Below, piece by piece: positions 62,571 to 64,000 of a stretch of 64,000 bases of DNA; positions within the stretch are counted from its first letter, which is position 1; each line of letters opens with the position of its first letter. The stretch is taken from NCBI GenBank assembly GCA_002633005.1, contig NMRA01000101.1, positions 558,001-622,000 of the forward strand, in the 5' to 3' direction. A model generated the notes under the pieces. The model searched no databases. It was not told the origin of the DNA and worked only from the letters and a program-made list of their open reading frames with translations. This DNA comes from Phoronis australis (taxonomy: Eukaryota > Animalia > Phoronida). The position numbers and the translations under genes were made by a program.

Positions 62571-64000
62571 ATAGCCTCTGTTGGCCCGAACCAGAGGCGA
62601 TGCAGCTCCTATAGGCGCTCTGTACGCCGGAAGCGTTTCGGCGAATTATGCCTTGCACCGACTAAACCATCAAAGTCACGTTATTATAAATACCTTTTGC
62701 GCATAGAAGAACACCTTAGGAGGTTGTCGATGTGTTTAATTCCTTCCAAATCGAACAAATGCTCTCGTTATGAAACTTTTTCTTCGAGCAGTCCCTATTT
62801 CAGTTCCCAAAATCGTGAAATCACCATTTTTATACTGCGCACGCTCCAATTTTTACCGCGCTCGCTAGGTGATGTGACTTCATGACCTCAATCTTTAAAT
62901 AGGCCAAAGGTGAGCCATTGCGGTCTTGTCAGTCAAATGTTCGTTTCCAAAATGCCACCACTTATACTTGTCTTTAATTGGCGTTACTTGAAACTGATTG
63001 TATTTCAATGAATTATTGTTTGTATTTGATAAAAATAAATGCTGTTGATATGACATTTAATAGTCTTTGTGCACATATTTGACATTTTAATGTTTAACAA
63101 CACGGCAAATGCACGGCTGGAACTTCAGCATTCAAAGTTCGCCGGTAGGACCGCAACTTCTGACCTTCGGCCTGGTTAAAAAATTCTGATGATGGTGTTT
63201 CAACAGTTTCATGGTCCACGCACGGTCGCATTTTAAGATTTGGTTGGTATAGTCATCTTCGGTTTGGCCTATTAGCTTTTTGATAATATGTCCCTTTGTG
63301 TTCAAACCCGTGTTCCACACGTTCACTGAATAAGTAAAAGAACGTCACCGCATGTAGTTAAATGACGACTGAACCAACAATGGTGAGCCGAAAGGCTCTC
63401 GGTTTCTCAGTCAATTTGATGAATAACGAAAATCATTGTTGGACCTCCCCACCAACATCCTCCATCAGGCCAGTAATTATTTGCACTCGTGGAGGTGCAC
63501 CGCCAGCGGCATTGTGTCAGCAGTTCGCTCGTACGGGCCCAGTGCAGGGAGATTACTGCTTATGCGGCAATCATTCACGCACGCGCAAACACACGCACGC
63601 AAACATATATACATATATGGGCGCATTATGCTATCGTTTGTGTCGGTCCGCCTGTTTGTTCGGGGTCCGCTGCTGTATGACCTCTCATCGCATGCTGTTT
63701 GGCCGTTCATCGCATCCGTCAATTTAATTGATGCCGAATCAAGTGGCCCAGCGAAAATTGTGGAAGAGTTTTTTGCAATTTCATTTCAGTGGGGCTATTT
63801 GGAAAATTTACATTAACTAGAGGGCGCGGGTGTACTAGTGGTGATAGATTAACAGCCTCAATTTCGCGAGCCCTTTAAATACATGGTGAAATGGCTGTTA
63901 GGCGTGCTAACTGAATCTGAAATTGTGTGAAAAGGGTGCTTCTATGAGAGAAAGTAAGCACGACCTTATACAAAGGTAAAAATTGTGATTACTTTAACGA

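Noticed and set aside
63100-63880. Further THAP/Kolobok-like element near the window end (TTAAAGGGCTCGCG on the minus strand near 63878)
   Set aside because: The terminus is suggestive, but no partner TIR was found and the reading frames are too decayed to assign.

Overview
Eukaryotic, AT-rich, repeat-rich genomic DNA from an invertebrate animal (probably a lophotrochozoan; this is inferred from the repeat types). It is not prokaryotic, and there is no CRISPR array, rRNA or convincing tRNA gene. Four host genes are supported. Two are tandem paralogues with single-exon CDSs encoding N-terminal PTB/PID-domain proteins (5953-7683 +, 10449-11786 +). A third, more distant PTB-domain gene with a single-exon CDS lies on the minus strand (29614-31041). 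The fourth is a four-exon carnosine-synthase-like (CARNS1 family) ATP-grasp ligase on the minus strand (59836 to 46788, about 456 aa, all introns GT-AG and phase 0). The rest is mostly transposon debris: TTAA-flanked Kolobok-type elements, at least five separate THAP-domain remnants, MITEs with 5-bp target duplications (hAT5-like), a Gmr1-type gypsy fragment with integrase before RT, a BEL/Pao gag-protease with a tRNA-His primer site, a mariner fragment and a probable OTU protease remnant. The most interesting observations are three. The first PTB paralogue alone has an expanded array of PKA-type sites and a PP1 RVxF motif. The CARNS1-like enzyme appears half-length with altered active-site motifs. 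A symmetric Kolobok-type element has about 310-bp inverted arms, each carrying a promoter motif and a THAP start. All family assignments come from recognising motifs by eye; no searches were run.
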